Part shown: piece after piece, positions 1 to 13,746 of the stretch
Layout: the number at the start of each line of letters is the position of its first letter
How positions within the stretch are numbered: the first letter of the stretch is position 1
NCBI GenBank assembly: GCA_963693365.1
Contig: CAVNZM010000004.1
Location: 4,395,447-4,459,446 of the forward strand
From: Amoebidium appalachense
Lineage: Eukaryota; Protista; Ichthyosporea
Direction of reading: 5' to 3'
Length of the DNA stretch: 64,000 bases
Notes under the pieces: model-generated
The model's input: the letters and a program-made list of their open reading frames with translations, nothing else
Told to the model about the DNA's origin: nothing
Databases searched by the model: none
Translations under genes and position numbers: made by a program

Positions 1-1392
1 GAGGGTGAAACTCTGAAAACAACCACCTGTTTTTCAACATTGTAGAGTAGCTTTGCCTATTTGCGAAGAAAAAACGTGCAACTGAATTCGAAACTCACAT
101 GTAGCTATACGCGGCTATCTGCTTGTCGCTGTATAACACTAGTCCGCAAAAGTGCACTTGAAGAAGTTCGTTGTGACCGGTCTTTACACATTCACTCACC
201 CTCGCTTCAAGGGTGAAAGAGTTTACCCACATGCATCAACTTCACATCTACCCAAGGCACACTTTACCTACGCAAACATGAGGATTGGCAACACTATAAC
301 GCGCAGACACTCGGGACGTTTAGAGAGTCCAAGCACGAGTCACTTAAACTACAGCAGCTCTAAGGGAACAAAGGATGCGGACACAAAACAGGCCCAGGTG
401 GTGGCTGTGTGCTGTGCCATGTTGTGTTACGCTGCAGTCATTGTATACGGACACATGTGCTCATGAGTTGAAAGCGTCTCTCAACAGTTTTGACGGGGAA
501 AAACAGTAAAATTAAACATACCTCTTTACGCACAGATGACCTCCACCCGGAAATGTCGCGAAACTAGTACTTTTTTCATCAAGTTGAACGAATACGCGAA
601 TGGAAAAAAAATCACATGTGCACCGTGCGGTTTTCAGCTCGAGCGGAAAGGAATTGACGGCGGTGAGGTGGGAGCTACCGCTGACTCTATCGAGGGAAAA
701 AATTTGGGGAACGTGAACAGGGGTGGAATCATCATGGCATCGTTTAGTGTGTCGAGGAAAAACACAAAATGCACGTTGAAAAGGAATGTGCGAGAATTAT
801 GTATGATTGGTTTGTAGCTGACGTCCCAACCTTTTGAAACGAAGTTTTTCGAAGGACCAGAAACGCAGTTAAGGGACAGTGCAGCATCAGTGATAAGCAG
901 CAGTTGCTTTGCATGTTGTGTGCATGCATCTGTTACTCAGTATATACGTTCATTGTTTAACATGACGAAGTTAGGCTGCTGGTCCAAGGAAAGAACCTGT
1001 TTGTGAGGCAACTAGGCCTGCAAGGGTTCGCTTAGTGTATGCAGGGAGGTGTTAACGCCAGTTAGATGGATTATCGAACGAATGATGTGTTGGTACGCTA
1101 CTTGTATACTCTTCACTCTCATATACCTATGTTTAGGGGAGCTGGTATGGTAGAAAGATTCGGCAAAAATATATCCCTCTACGCTGCAGGTATAATTTTC
1201 ACTGCTATATACGTATGTATAGGGGAGCTGTAGAAAGAACTGGCAAGAATAATCCTCTGGCCGCATTCTTCTACATCATGCAAAAGATTGAAACATCTCA
1301 GGCTGGTCCAGGTTACAATCTAAGTATGCCTGCTAAATCTACAGTCGTGTAAAATTTCTCCTCCCCCCCTCCCCCCCCCCCCCCCCCCCCCG

Positions 1393-1545
1393 AATGGCTT
1401 GGGCCCCCTCTGAGAATGGGCTCTGCTTCTTTTTCATACTGTGCGTGTTGCTGATGTTGCATACTCGAGTGTTTGCTTTTGCCTGTGTCTTGCTCCGTGT
1501 TCCTCATCGTGTACTTGTACATCATACCGCGTTCCGCATTCTAAC
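1393..1545 (+). repeat. Diverged copy of the interspersed YR-associated repeat
   Basis: GGGCCCCCTCTGAGAATGGGCTCTGCTT...GTTCCGCATTCTAA, with poly-C on both sides. Confidence 0.8.
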
Positions 1546-2380
1546 CCCCCCCTCCACCCCCCCCCCCCCCCCCCCCCCCCCCCCTCGCTCTCTCTCTCTG
1601 GAGTGCACTTTATGACCGCCAGACCCCTTTTGCATTCGTTAAGTGTGTTTTGTGAGTCATATATGTATATATAAATATATATGCGTCCACTATTTGGTTG
1701 AATATTACTGCTTTTAGAGTTTCCTTGAGTGCTGTAAATATGTTTAGACTCGTATGTACATGTATATGTATACAGAAGTGCTTTATTGTTTGAAACCGGA
1801 ACGGTGTAGTTGTGTCTTCCCAACACAAGGCTTGACATGCCACCAAAAAGTGCCAGGCTGATTTATTAGATTTTGTGCATGACTACTTGAAATTTTGGTT
1901 TGCATTTCAGTGGTTCTGTGTATGTTAACAGCGACTGCACGATGGGCGAAGTGTATATATAGGCTTGGATTTTAACCACGGTGGCATAGTCAACGTCATG
2001 CCTGGTTCTGATCGAGATGAACCATGTCACGCATCGCAAGTGCGCTTCAGTACAACATGGTACTCTGTTCGAACCCACCGTTCGCATAGAATACGGTTCT
2101 GAAACTGACGGCCATGGATGGAGTGGCCGAGGAGTAAAAAGACGATCACTACGACGGACCTTGAAAAAGGAATGCCGTGCATGTGCCGTGCTTTGTTTTT
2201 CATACGTACATGTCGACGTTACAAAGCACAGCCGTGTACCACGTAATTTCATATATATATGTCGATGCTTAGAATTGTACATGTGCGAGTGCTGGTACGG
2301 GGTGGAAAAGGGGGCACGAAGGTGGACTTACACTCGGAAGGCAGAGAAAGTGATGGTGGAAGAGGAGGGGTGGTACAGGT

Positions 2381-2411
<31 letters not shown>

Positions 2412-2884
2412 GGGGGGGGGGGGAGGGGGGGGGGGATTTTTAGGATCACAACCCGGTTCAGAATTGAAGGTTTGCTTTTGCCAGTCACACCCAACAGAGA
2501 TACGTTAACAGGATATAGCTGTAGGGTTGAACATGTATTTATTTTATAATACTAAATGGAACTGTGGGGGGAAGAACTTAGGTAGATTGCTATACAACTA
2601 CCAGCACTGCTGGTGCATGCAAGAAGTACATGCATGCATATCGCATCCGTTAATGTTTGTGCTATCTGTATTTATGCTCTGTTTTGTGTGTTCAACAATC
2701 ACTGTATGCATGTCCCTGTATGAGCAGTCTACGTGTGTGCAGTGCATGTTGCTTATGTAGCAACCAAAGTTACCTTCTCCAGAAATATCCAGCCTGTGTG
2801 TCTGCATGTGCATGTGTCTCTGTGTGGTGTGTGACTGTACAAATGATGTGTTTTTTCACCTACACCCCTTCTACACCTCTCTCT

Positions 2885-3046
2885 CTACTCCCAGTTTGCA
2901 TTATCCATGAGGTAGTTTGCAGCCAGAGTCTCGTTCTTGTCGCACGTGAGGTACGCCTCGATGGCTTGCTCCCGGCTGAACCCAAGCGCCACAAGCTGAA
3001 TGACGTGTGTGTGTGTGGGGGGGGGGGGGGGGGGGGGAGGCGGGGG

Positions 3047-3136
<90 letters not shown>

Positions 3137-3666
3137 GGTGGGGGGGGGGGGGGGGGGGGGAGGGGAGAGTGAAATCAGAAAAAGCTTCCACACCACCTAA
3201 GCCTACTAATTATGACATAAGTCCGTTTATGTCCAAAGAGATCGCGACAAGCAACGACAGATACTGACCACCTATCTCCCCCTTTCCGGTCATTATTAGC
3301 TAGAAAAGAGGTTTATGTTTCTTTTTCTTTGTCAAAGGGTACCTGGATTGGTGCTCGTGAAAAATAAAATCTTTAGGAGTAATATGGTATTGCATTATGT
3401 GTAATCTTATTTAATTCTTCTTTATTTTTATTTATTTATTGATTTCTATTTTTTATTTTTATTCATTATTTTTTTGTTGTTGTTGTGTGTGTGTGTGTGT
3501 GTTTGGGGGGGGGGGGGGGGGGGGGGTATTACAAAACGGAGGCAGCTGGAGTGGGTGGGGTAGTGTGTGTGTTTTTTTTACGCGAGTCTGCGAGTCAAGA
3601 GGTGAAAATGTGTGCATGCGCGCCCATGTTAGTGTGCGATTCTCTGCTTGTGTGTGTGCAGTGCAT

Positions 3667-3702
<36 letters not shown>

Positions 3703-3824
3703 ATGTCCATGTGCACGTGCGTGTGTGAGTGAGTGAGTGTGCGAGTGTGTGAGTGTGTGTGTGCGTATATCCGTGTATCCGTGTGTGTGTGTGTGTGTGT
3801 GTGTTTGAGAGGCGGCGGCGACCG

Positions 3825-3870
<46 letters not shown>

Positions 3871-4009
3871 GCCATACCCGATCAATAGCCTCCTTCTCCT
3901 GGGGGGTGACAGACAGCACACGGGTGCCAGGGGGCCCAACTTGGCGGCTGTAGGTGGTGTCGTTGAGAGCAGCTAGGAACTCCTCCTGGTTGGCACTCAC
4001 CAGCTGTAC

Positions 4010-4072
<63 letters not shown>

Positions 4073-4283
4073 CTGGGCGTGTGCCTAGGCGCGCGGCGCG
4101 TATGCGTGTGTGAACGAAAGCTAGGAATGGGGGTTGACCGGAAGGCATGGATAGGTAGGGAACGAGAGGGGCAGGAGAGGATGAGAGGATATGTGGGGTG
4201 AAAAAGTGAAAGAACAGGAAGGTGGGCCGACAGGGGTGGGAGGATGGGGTGGGTGGGTGGTCTTCTTTTTTTTTTTTTTTTTT

Positions 4284-4330
<47 letters not shown>

Positions 4331-4610
4331 ATTTCAGCGTTATTGAAGACACCATGAATCGACAAAGATCACAACAGGAACATCTGCAAAAAAGGACTTC
4401 GGGAGCCGCGTGCACGCGTGCCTGAACCCCTTTCTCTGAATCAGTGCGTGTGCTTGTGAGTGCAGGTGTCTGTTTTTGCGCCTGCAGGCACGCAGCCAAG
4501 CTTGTGCCTTTCTACCGGCTTTTGTATCTGTGGCTTGTGTATCTGTGCGTGCACGTATTATGTAGGTGTGCATCTGTTGTGTGTCAGTATCCAGGTGTGT
4601 GCGCGCGCGC

Positions 4611-4698
<88 letters not shown>

Positions 4699-5073
4699 TG
4701 TGTGTGCGTCTGCGTGTGCGTGTATGTTCGTGTGTGTCGGGAGAATTTCATACGCGGATGAAGTCTGGAGACTGGCGGCCCATCTCCTCGAGGAAGGGGC
4801 GCAGCAGCATGGGGTTTTGCTGCAGCAGCATGCGCATCTGCAGGAAGTTCTCGTGGTCTGCTAGGTGCGCAAACGGGCCTGGGGGCAGAATATGGGTGAG
4901 ATAGGTTGCCTAAAATAAATAAATAAATAAATAAATAAATAAAGCAAAGGGGAGATAGAAGGAGAGAGAGAAATAATAGGGAACATCTGTACATGTGTGT
5001 GTGTCGCGGTGGCCATGGCGGGATTGGTGGTGGTGGCGGCGGTGGTGTGTGTGCATGTGTGTGCATGTGTGTT

Positions 5074-5118
<45 letters not shown>

Positions 5119-5547
5119 ATGTGTGTGTGTGTGTCGCGCTTGGATGAACTGTGAGTACAGGAGTAATGGTAGGGTAGTGTGTAGATGAAGCATTAAATGT
5201 GTGTGATGGGGGTTCGAAAGCCCATGCTGGCACCGGGGGGGGGGGGGGGGGAGACGATCAATGAAGGGTACATCGTTTTCAAGTTTGGCCATGCCCAATA
5301 CACACACAACCAGACAACATCACGTGCTCCCCTAACCATCTGTTTAACACTCGCCATTTTCACCTGAAATATATCGAGTGATCCATTTACGCCATTAACC
5401 AGCACGCACAAACATAGAAAGCTATCTACATCCGGTACATCCGGACATAAACACATATAACAGATAACCACCACCGAACTACAATTACCGCAGCAAAGTG
5501 AGTCAGGGTGCACACAAACATAACAAGACAGGGTACTGCGTGCTGGT

Positions 5548-5612
<65 letters not shown>

Positions 5613-6032
5613 GCCACTTTCCCAACACAAAACACCCACCCACCAGCACCCACACCCACACCCACACCCACGTGCACATACCACTGCCTGCTGGGGGTTC
5701 TGCAGCTGCCTGGGCTGGTGCTGGTGCCGGTACTGCATAGAGGACAGACCGGATGTGAGCACATAGTGACATCCCCCCCCCCCCCCCCCCCCCCCCCTCC
5801 CCCCCCCCCTCCCCCCCCCCCTCTCCCTTCCCCCCCTACCTTCCCCTCGCTGTCGCCGCCGTTTTGCCACAATACACATTTGCATGCTCTCCGCTCCCTT
5901 CGATGTGTGCTCCCCACGGTTCACATTGACAAACCACAACATCAAACACACCACCGAGTGTCCGACCTCGAACTACCCCCCTCCCTCCCCCCCTCCCCTT
6001 TCTTTCCCTTCCCCCCCCTCTCTCTCTCTCTC

Positions 6033-6126
<94 letters not shown>

Positions 6127-6219
6127 TCCCACCCCTTACAACATGAATCTGGCTGCAATACTGACGCTGGTTCATCCTCCCTCCATCCAATCAAAAAGTA
6201 GCCCCCCCCCCCCCCAAAA

Positions 6220-6285
<66 letters not shown>

Positions 6286-6286
6286 C

Positions 6287-6337
<51 letters not shown>

Positions 6338-6566
6338 GCACACTTCTACTCATCGCTACCCATGGCCTGGAAACCCAAGCCAGGACACAGGCCATATGCG
6401 AACAACATCCCACAAAGTCACCCCATCACGTTTAACGTGTGCAACCACACCATGCCCACACCCAAACCAACACTCAAACCCGGGTACACCCCCCGCACCA
6501 CCCACACATTAGATTAGCTCGATATACACGCTTTCTCCACTTCAGAGCTGTAACCCACCGCACCCT

Positions 6567-6603
<37 letters not shown>

Positions 6604-7144
6604 CGGCCCCTCGCTATGGTGCCTCAAGGCTGAAGCCCTCCAAAATTGAAAAATTTTAAATAAAAAAAAATTCCCAACGGCGGATTTGAAAACTCTTTGG
6701 ATGGATCGAAAGGTCTCATCGAGATCTGTCGAATGACACACAAAACACAAAATGAGCCATTTTGACCCCCCTCTGGCTCGACCCGGCCCGGCCCGATTAC
6801 GTCATCAGAGCCTTCCGACCCGACCCGAGTCGGGTCACCCTGGGCCAAACTTGGGGCCTCTGCCCCTCGAGGAGGGGAGGGGTTTGAATGCGGAACACGG
6901 TACAGGGGGGGGGGGGGGGGGGGGGAGCACACGGTGTCACACACGTGGCACAAACACGGACAAACACACACACACGTAGACGCACACATGTACATGCACA
7001 CACATACACCACACACATGAACATATTACTGGCGGGCCGGACCGGCAGTACGGGTCCAGCTGGGCATATATAAGTAGCTCCCCAATCGCCCCTCTCCCCC
7101 CCCCCCCCCCCCCCTCTCCGCCCCCCCCTTCCCCTCCCCCCTTG

Positions 7145-7235
<91 letters not shown>

Positions 7236-7327
7236 CACACGCACACACACGTCCCCCCCCCCCCCCCCCCCTTCCCACGGCCTCTCCGCCCGCCCCCCCC
7301 TTCCCCACCTTCCCCCACCCCTCTTGC

Positions 7328-7412
<85 letters not shown>

Positions 7413-9000
7413 CGACAGACACAGACACATAGGTGGACACATGTGATTCAGCTGCAGCCCCATATATGGTTGAACTCGCACCCGGCCCGGACCGGGATTG
7501 ATGGATAAACGATGGATAACAACGGGTCTGAAATTTAACCCCCTAGGGGGGTTCTTGATGTCGATGCAAATATCTCAATAAATTTTGCGAATTTTGAATT
7601 CTGAAAATTTTTTAACCAGGAAGTCGATGGCGCTGAGCACGTAGAACATCTTATTTTTGTTATAGCACCCCTCCTTCATTGTTATCCAGAAAAGCGCCAA
7701 TTTGGGGTCAATTAGTAAAACTTCAAATTTTCAAACCAAAATTTCAAGGTGTTCTCGCTGTGGCGCTGGGCAAGTATCCGGGTGCATTTGAAGTAGACAT
7801 CAAGACGGACATTTTGACGTGTCCATTTCTCAAATATCTCGATTCTATGGGGAGCGACATGCCCTAGATTGGAGGCGATTTTGAGGTCTGAAATTGGATG
7901 CGATCAGGCTTGAGGCACCATACCTGCATCCCTCTTCGCCCACCTTCCTCCCTCTTATCCTTCCCTGCACCGCCCCCCCCCCCCCCCCCTCCGTCCCCCC
8001 CAAAACCAAAAAAAAGACAACAAAAAAAAAAGAAAGAAAGAAAAGAAAAGAAACACCCACCTGCTGCTGGGGTCTGAGCTGGTGCCTGGGGGGCAGGCTG
8101 GCGAGGCTGCTGCAGGGACTGTCTGACGTGGTCGGGGATGCCCTGAAAGTGTGAGAAAGGTGAGCAACAACAACCCCCCCCCAAACACACACACACACCA
8201 CCACCACCACCACCACCCCACAAAAAAAAATCAAATGGGAAAAAAAAAAAGAACTCTCACCCTCCCCCCAGGCCCACACGCAACACACACCCCACCAATC
8301 ACCACCACTACCGCACCGGCACTTGCACGAGCACACGCACATGCAGGGATAGCGCCCGTGCGCACACACACCACCCACCAGATCCCCCCCCCCCCCCCCC
8401 CCCCCCCCCCAAGCGCACTGTATCATAGCACGTTGCTTCCTACTGGTATTATCATATTTATCGATAATACTATCATCAATCATCATTTTCACTACTCATA
8501 TGAGAGGGGATGAGAATGTGTTATAGAGTGCGAAGCACATCTTCATAACGGGCAAGAGGATGCAGCAGTAGAAGAGCGCACATAAAAAGAGGATGCATCA
8601 AAGCAGAGACCATCCTCTTGGAGTGGGTGGGTGTGTGCATGTGTGTGTGTGTGTGCGGGGTGGGTGGGTGGTGGTGATGGTGGTGGTGTGGGGGGGGGGG
8701 AGGGGGACATATACACGCATGCAGTTCATCAAGAATTGGGGGGAGGAAGCGAGGGCGGTCAGGAGGACAGGGGGAGGGGGGGGGGGGGGGGAAGGGGGAA
8801 CGGGGGGAGGGGGGAGGGACGTACATTCATAAGGTATTCCACAGCCCTGTCTGGGTTGCCATATGCGGCAGTAAGAGCCATCTGGGCCTCCTCCCGGTTA
8901 AAACCCATGGTGGTGAGCTGAGCTAGAAGTGCCTCTGTCTGGGGATCAACCTGTGTGTGCGTGTGTATGTGTGTACGTGTGTGTGTACGTGTGTGTATGT

Positions 9001-9031
<31 letters not shown>

Positions 9032-9036
9032 GGGGG

Positions 9037-9073
<37 letters not shown>

Positions 9074-9188
9074 GGGAGGGGGCGGGTGGGCCGGGGGGGG
9101 GGGGAGGGGGGGAGAATGTTTGTGTGTGTGTGTGTGTGCGCGTGCGCGCACGCGCACATGCGTGCGTACGTGCGTGTGTGTGCGTGTG

Positions 9189-9264
<76 letters not shown>

Positions 9265-9361
9265 TGTGTGTGTGTCGGATGGGTGGGTGGGGCTACTTAG
9301 TCCAAGCGCCCATGGGTGCTCACCCATAATTAACCAATATCAATCAACAAAGCAGCTCTTA

Positions 9362-9412
<51 letters not shown>

Positions 9413-9772
9413 ACACAAATCCTCCCCCTCCCCCTGTCCGTCCCCCTGAGAGGGGCTCTGCAGCTTTTCCACCAAGGAACGTCCTCTCAATCCATATGTT
9501 ACACCTGTTTCCCACACACATACCAAAAGCTATACTAATAGACATACAGCATTAAATCTTCCCCTCTCACCCTTTTTTTCTAAATAAATCGGTTGAAATC
9601 TTAAACTTTGGGTTAATCAGGCGGACATACGTAAACACATCCACCGAACGCACACAGACCACAGCCATACACCGATCCCACGCACACCCACCGCCCTCCA
9701 TATACCCCCTCCCCCCCCTCCCCCTCCCCCCCCTCTCTCTCTCTTCCCCTCCCTCCCTCCCTCCCTCCCTCC

Positions 9773-9837
<65 letters not shown>

Positions 9838-10462
9838 TCTCTTCTCTCCTCCCACACCCACACACAGACATACCGCCGGTGCTGCTGGCTGTGCCGGGGC
9901 AGGGGCAGCAGCAGGCTGGGCCGGAGCCGCAGCTGCCGGGGTGGCTGGTGCTGGTGCTGGGGCCGGGGCAGCAGCTAACTTTTTCTGTTGCAGATAAAAA
10001 AGGGAAAAAAAAAAAAAGGAAAAAAAAAGGAAAAAAAAAAAGAATATTACAGAAACAAAGATGGGAAAATGCATTTGACGAAGGCTCTTTCCCCCCCCCC
10101 CCCTCCCCCCCCCCCCCCCCCCCCCCCGCTCCCCTCCCCCGCCCCTTCCTCTTCCCGCCACCAAACACATGCAAGAAGCTCGGGTGCATTTCACCCCCAT
10201 TTTTTCCCTAGCCACCACAAACAGCAACCACTTTAAGTGTATATAGCAGCCACACCCTAAGGCCTTTAACAACTTCCGGGAATGAAAGCAGCCGGTAAAA
10301 GCGACCTAAACATGGAGGTGTTTTCCTTCTTCTTTATTTCTCTTTCTTTTCGTTCTAACCGAAATGGTTTTGACGGGGGGGGGGGGGGGGGGTTTGGAGC
10401 AAGAGTGATGGTGGGGGGGGGGGGGGGGGGGGAAGAGAGGGAGGGTGGGAGTGTGGGTGGGA

Positions 10463-10500
<38 letters not shown>

Positions 10501-11039
10501 GAGTGCGAGCACACGCATGAGAGAGGGGGGGGAGGGGGGGGGGGGGGGGTTTGAATGCGGAACACAGTACGAAGTACGCATACACGATGAGAAGCATGGT
10601 GCAGGACACATGCAAAGGCAAACATTCAACTATGCAGCATCAGCCATGCGCACAGTATGCGTCATAAGCAGAGCCCATCCTCAGGGAGGGCCCAAGTCAT
10701 CAATTGCGTCTGAGTTTCGACCCCTTAGCCCGCGTATATACGACGCTCCAACTCAGACAGCAGCATCAACTGAACTTGGGTGGGTCAACCCGTCTTGATC
10801 AAAGACGAGCAGGGTTGCTTATGCAAGCAAGGTGAGCAAAACGGTGAAGATGTGTGTGCAAACTAATGCAGTGCAGCGACAAACGCGTGTGCTTACAGAT
10901 GCACGACACAGAGCAACCATGCCCGGGGGGGGGGGGGGGGAGGTGGGGGGGAGGGAGGGAGGGAGGGGCGGAAGGAAGAAGGGAGGGAGGGAGGAAGGGA
11001 GGGGGGAGAGGGGTGGGCGGGGGGGGGGGGGGGGGGGGG

Positions 11040-11081
<42 letters not shown>

Positions 11082-12427
11082 CGTGCGTGTGGGCCTGTGT
11101 GTGTGTATGCATGCGTGTGCGTGTGCGTGTGTGTGTGTGTGCGTGTGTGTGCGTGTGTGTGCATGTGCGCGCGCTGTGTGTCTGTGAATTGAGTGTGAAC
11201 ATGAACACGAACTACAGAAGCAGCATAGCACGAGGATACGTACGGCTGCAGTGACCATCAGCACCACAAAGTCAGTCTCCTTGATGCCATACTCGGCTAC
11301 CGTCTGCCCGTCCGACAGGATCTTACCTGCGCACCCATCCATCCATAAGATACCTCACTTGATACCAACCATACAATGACAAAAACACACTATCCAAGGG
11401 AGGTCTTTCATTGCCAAACAATGGCCGTGATTCCTTTAAGAACACATTTGCATGCTTCCATACAGTTTCCATGACCAAAAACATGAACACTGACCTCCGA
11501 TAGTGATTCTTTAAACACGTGAAACCAGAGACAAAACAAAGCACCGAGGGCCCAGAAAGCGTTATAGTGTGTTACATAATACAAGGTATACATTTATGAC
11601 GGGCAACACAGTGCAGAGATATGCAAAGCTTAGAACATGCACCAAAAGCAGAGACCATGCGCTAGGGTGATTTGTGGGTATGGTGGTTGGGTGGGTGGGT
11701 GGGTGTGTTGAAGGGGGAGGCGAGGGGGAGGGGGTGGGGGGAGGGGGGGGGGGGGGGGGGGGGGGCTTGACCAGAGAAGACAAGTTTCTGTGCGCTGGGG
11801 TCAAAGCCCTTCTCTGCCTGCACCTTGCCTTTCACCTGCAAAATCTGTACACGTGCATAGTTAGTGCCAGAAAGCCCAAAATCCCCCCCCCCCCCCCCCC
11901 CCCCTAAACACACACACAGAGACAACTACACCCACCCACCCACCCACACACACACACTGACACCCACGGAACCACACACAGACACCCCCACACACACACC
12001 AGACACACACACCACCCAAACTCAAACCCTGACTTCCCAACGTCGTTTCTCTAGCCCGCATTACCTAGAAGCCAGCCTGCTCTTGTCCGTCTATGCTCTC
12101 CAAGATCATTCTTCTTCCCTCCTTCAACCCTCCCTCCCCCCCCCCCCTCCCCCCCCCTCTCCCCCTTCCCCCCATCCCCACCCCCTCTCCGTTCCCTTCC
12201 CACTCTCACCCTCCACTATCTCCCAAGCACACCCTCACACTCTGCACGTCGCTCATGCCCCCTCTTGATACCCTCCCCCCCCCCCCCCCCCTCCCCCCCC
12301 CTCTCCTTCTCCCCCGTCCTTTCTTCCTTGCTCCCCTCTTGCCCACCCACTCACAGCTCTAAGTTCCTGAAGCATATTCATAACCTTCCCTCCTTCCCCC
12401 CCTCCCCTCCCCCCCTCCCCCCCCCTC

Positions 12428-12468
<41 letters not shown>

Positions 12469-12584
12469 AAAAAAAAAAGGAAGGGGGGAAGGGGGGGGGG
12501 GGGGGGGGGATAGAAGAAAGGGAAAAGAAAAGAAAAGAAAAGAAAAGAAAAGGAAACCAACAAAACAACATGCGCACACTCACG

Positions 12585-12665
<81 letters not shown>

Positions 12666-12709
12666 CACACACACACACACCAAGAACACGGAGAAGCTGC
12701 CCTACACAA

Positions 12710-12755
<46 letters not shown>

Positions 12756-12919
12756 CCCCCCCACCCCCCACCACCACCACCACCACCACCCTCTTCCCCC
12801 TCCCTCCCTCCCCCCCCCCCCCCCCCCCCCCCTTCCTCCCCACCAGCACGTACCGTATCTGAGGGTGCCACCTCAACTTGGAAGGTTTTCTGGTCGAGTG
12901 TCCTCAGCGTCAGCTTCAT
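2885..12919 (-). CDS. RAD23: UV excision repair protein RAD23 (UBL-UBA-XPC-binding/STI1-UBA), 10 exons
   Basis: GT-AG exons in consistent phase: 12854-12919, 11772-11844, 11244-11326, 9874-9984, 8825-8950, 8061-8142, 5682-5732, 4754-4878, 3878-4003, 2885-2995. Translation: UBL ([17 protein letters not shown]...[31 protein letters not shown]), UBA1 ([34 protein letters not shown]), XPC-binding ([27 protein letters not shown]), UBA2 ([42 protein letters not shown]), ending in TAG. Confidence 0.96.
6617..7920. mobile_element. Non-autonomous TIR DNA transposon (MITE-like) in RAD23 intron 6
   Basis: 17-bp terminal inverted repeats TGGTGCCTCAAGGCTGA (6617-6633) and TCAGGCTTGAGGCACCA (7904-7920) with one mismatch; TA on both outer flanks; no transposase ORF. 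Confidence 0.75.
10548..10833 (-). repeat. Long copy of the interspersed YR-associated repeat (RAD23 intron 3)
   Basis: The reverse complement has GCATAAGCAACCCTGCTCGTCT..AGACGGG, GGTCGAAACTC, GGGCCCTCCCTGAGGATGGGCTCTGCTTA and the end CGCATTCAAA-poly-C, collinear with 18965-19216. Confidence 0.88.
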
Positions 12920-13746
12920 GGTGGCTGTGTCTGCACAGAAGTGAATTTTGTCATTAGGGGTGCGGGTGACTGCATGAAGTGTGTCCTTTTCTAGTTCTGT
13001 GGTTCTCTCTGCATGTTTTGCACTACAATTCATACATAGATGCACTCTGCTATGATCTATGCCCCCCTATCAAGAGTAAAAATCCTCATACCTTTGATTT
13101 TCACTTCAGGGGTAGGTGTAGATCTGTCAATAAGAAGGAATGAGGTGTCACGGTTTCTATCCAACCAGCTAACACTCAGCGACAGGGTGGATGCCAATGG
13201 TTTTTGTTTTAAACAACCGAGAACTATGTAAAGAACCAATTGTTATACCAAACAAATATGTAGGAAATGCAGAGGCAGATACAATATGATAGAAGTCTAA
13301 TACATCTACAATAACAGCCATATATATACAAACTTGCAAGATACAGCTGCCAGTGGGGAAAAAAAAAAAAAAGACTGCACTGGTGCCACAATTAAAGGGG
13401 TAGTCTACCGATTTGTTACAAAACCTGTAGACATCTTGAGGAGTTTAAAACAGGTAAATAAACAACCAAAGGGTCTGTTTCAATAGACTAATATATCAGC
13501 TCAGATGAAGCAGTGCTTACGTCATCAAAAACTCGCGAGTCGGTGCGGATGATGGTGGGCCGGTTTCGTACAGCAGCGACTTGAACCGCTAGATCTTCGA
13601 CCCGAAAAGTTAAGGACGTTTGACCTATCAAATCGTGCTTTGGCTTACTATATTAAGTTAACCCACTAAAAATACAAGCAATCAAAACACGATCTCTTCA
13701 TGGTGGCAAATTCAAATGATTTGAATCAGATCTCGGCTCCAGCGCT
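12920..13746. promoter_or_regulatory. Putative bidirectional promoter between RAD23 and the SNF2 ATPase
   Basis: Head-to-head genes; the spacer lacks C/G tracts and (CA)n and has a TTACGTCA (CRE-like) motif near 13518. The SNF2 start is uncertain. Confidence 0.45.

Noticed and set aside
530-2200. Possible small + strand gene (exon-like stretches at ~735-870, 975-1035, 1234-1311, 1963-2180)
   Set aside because: I could not build a phase-consistent model or recognise any motif.
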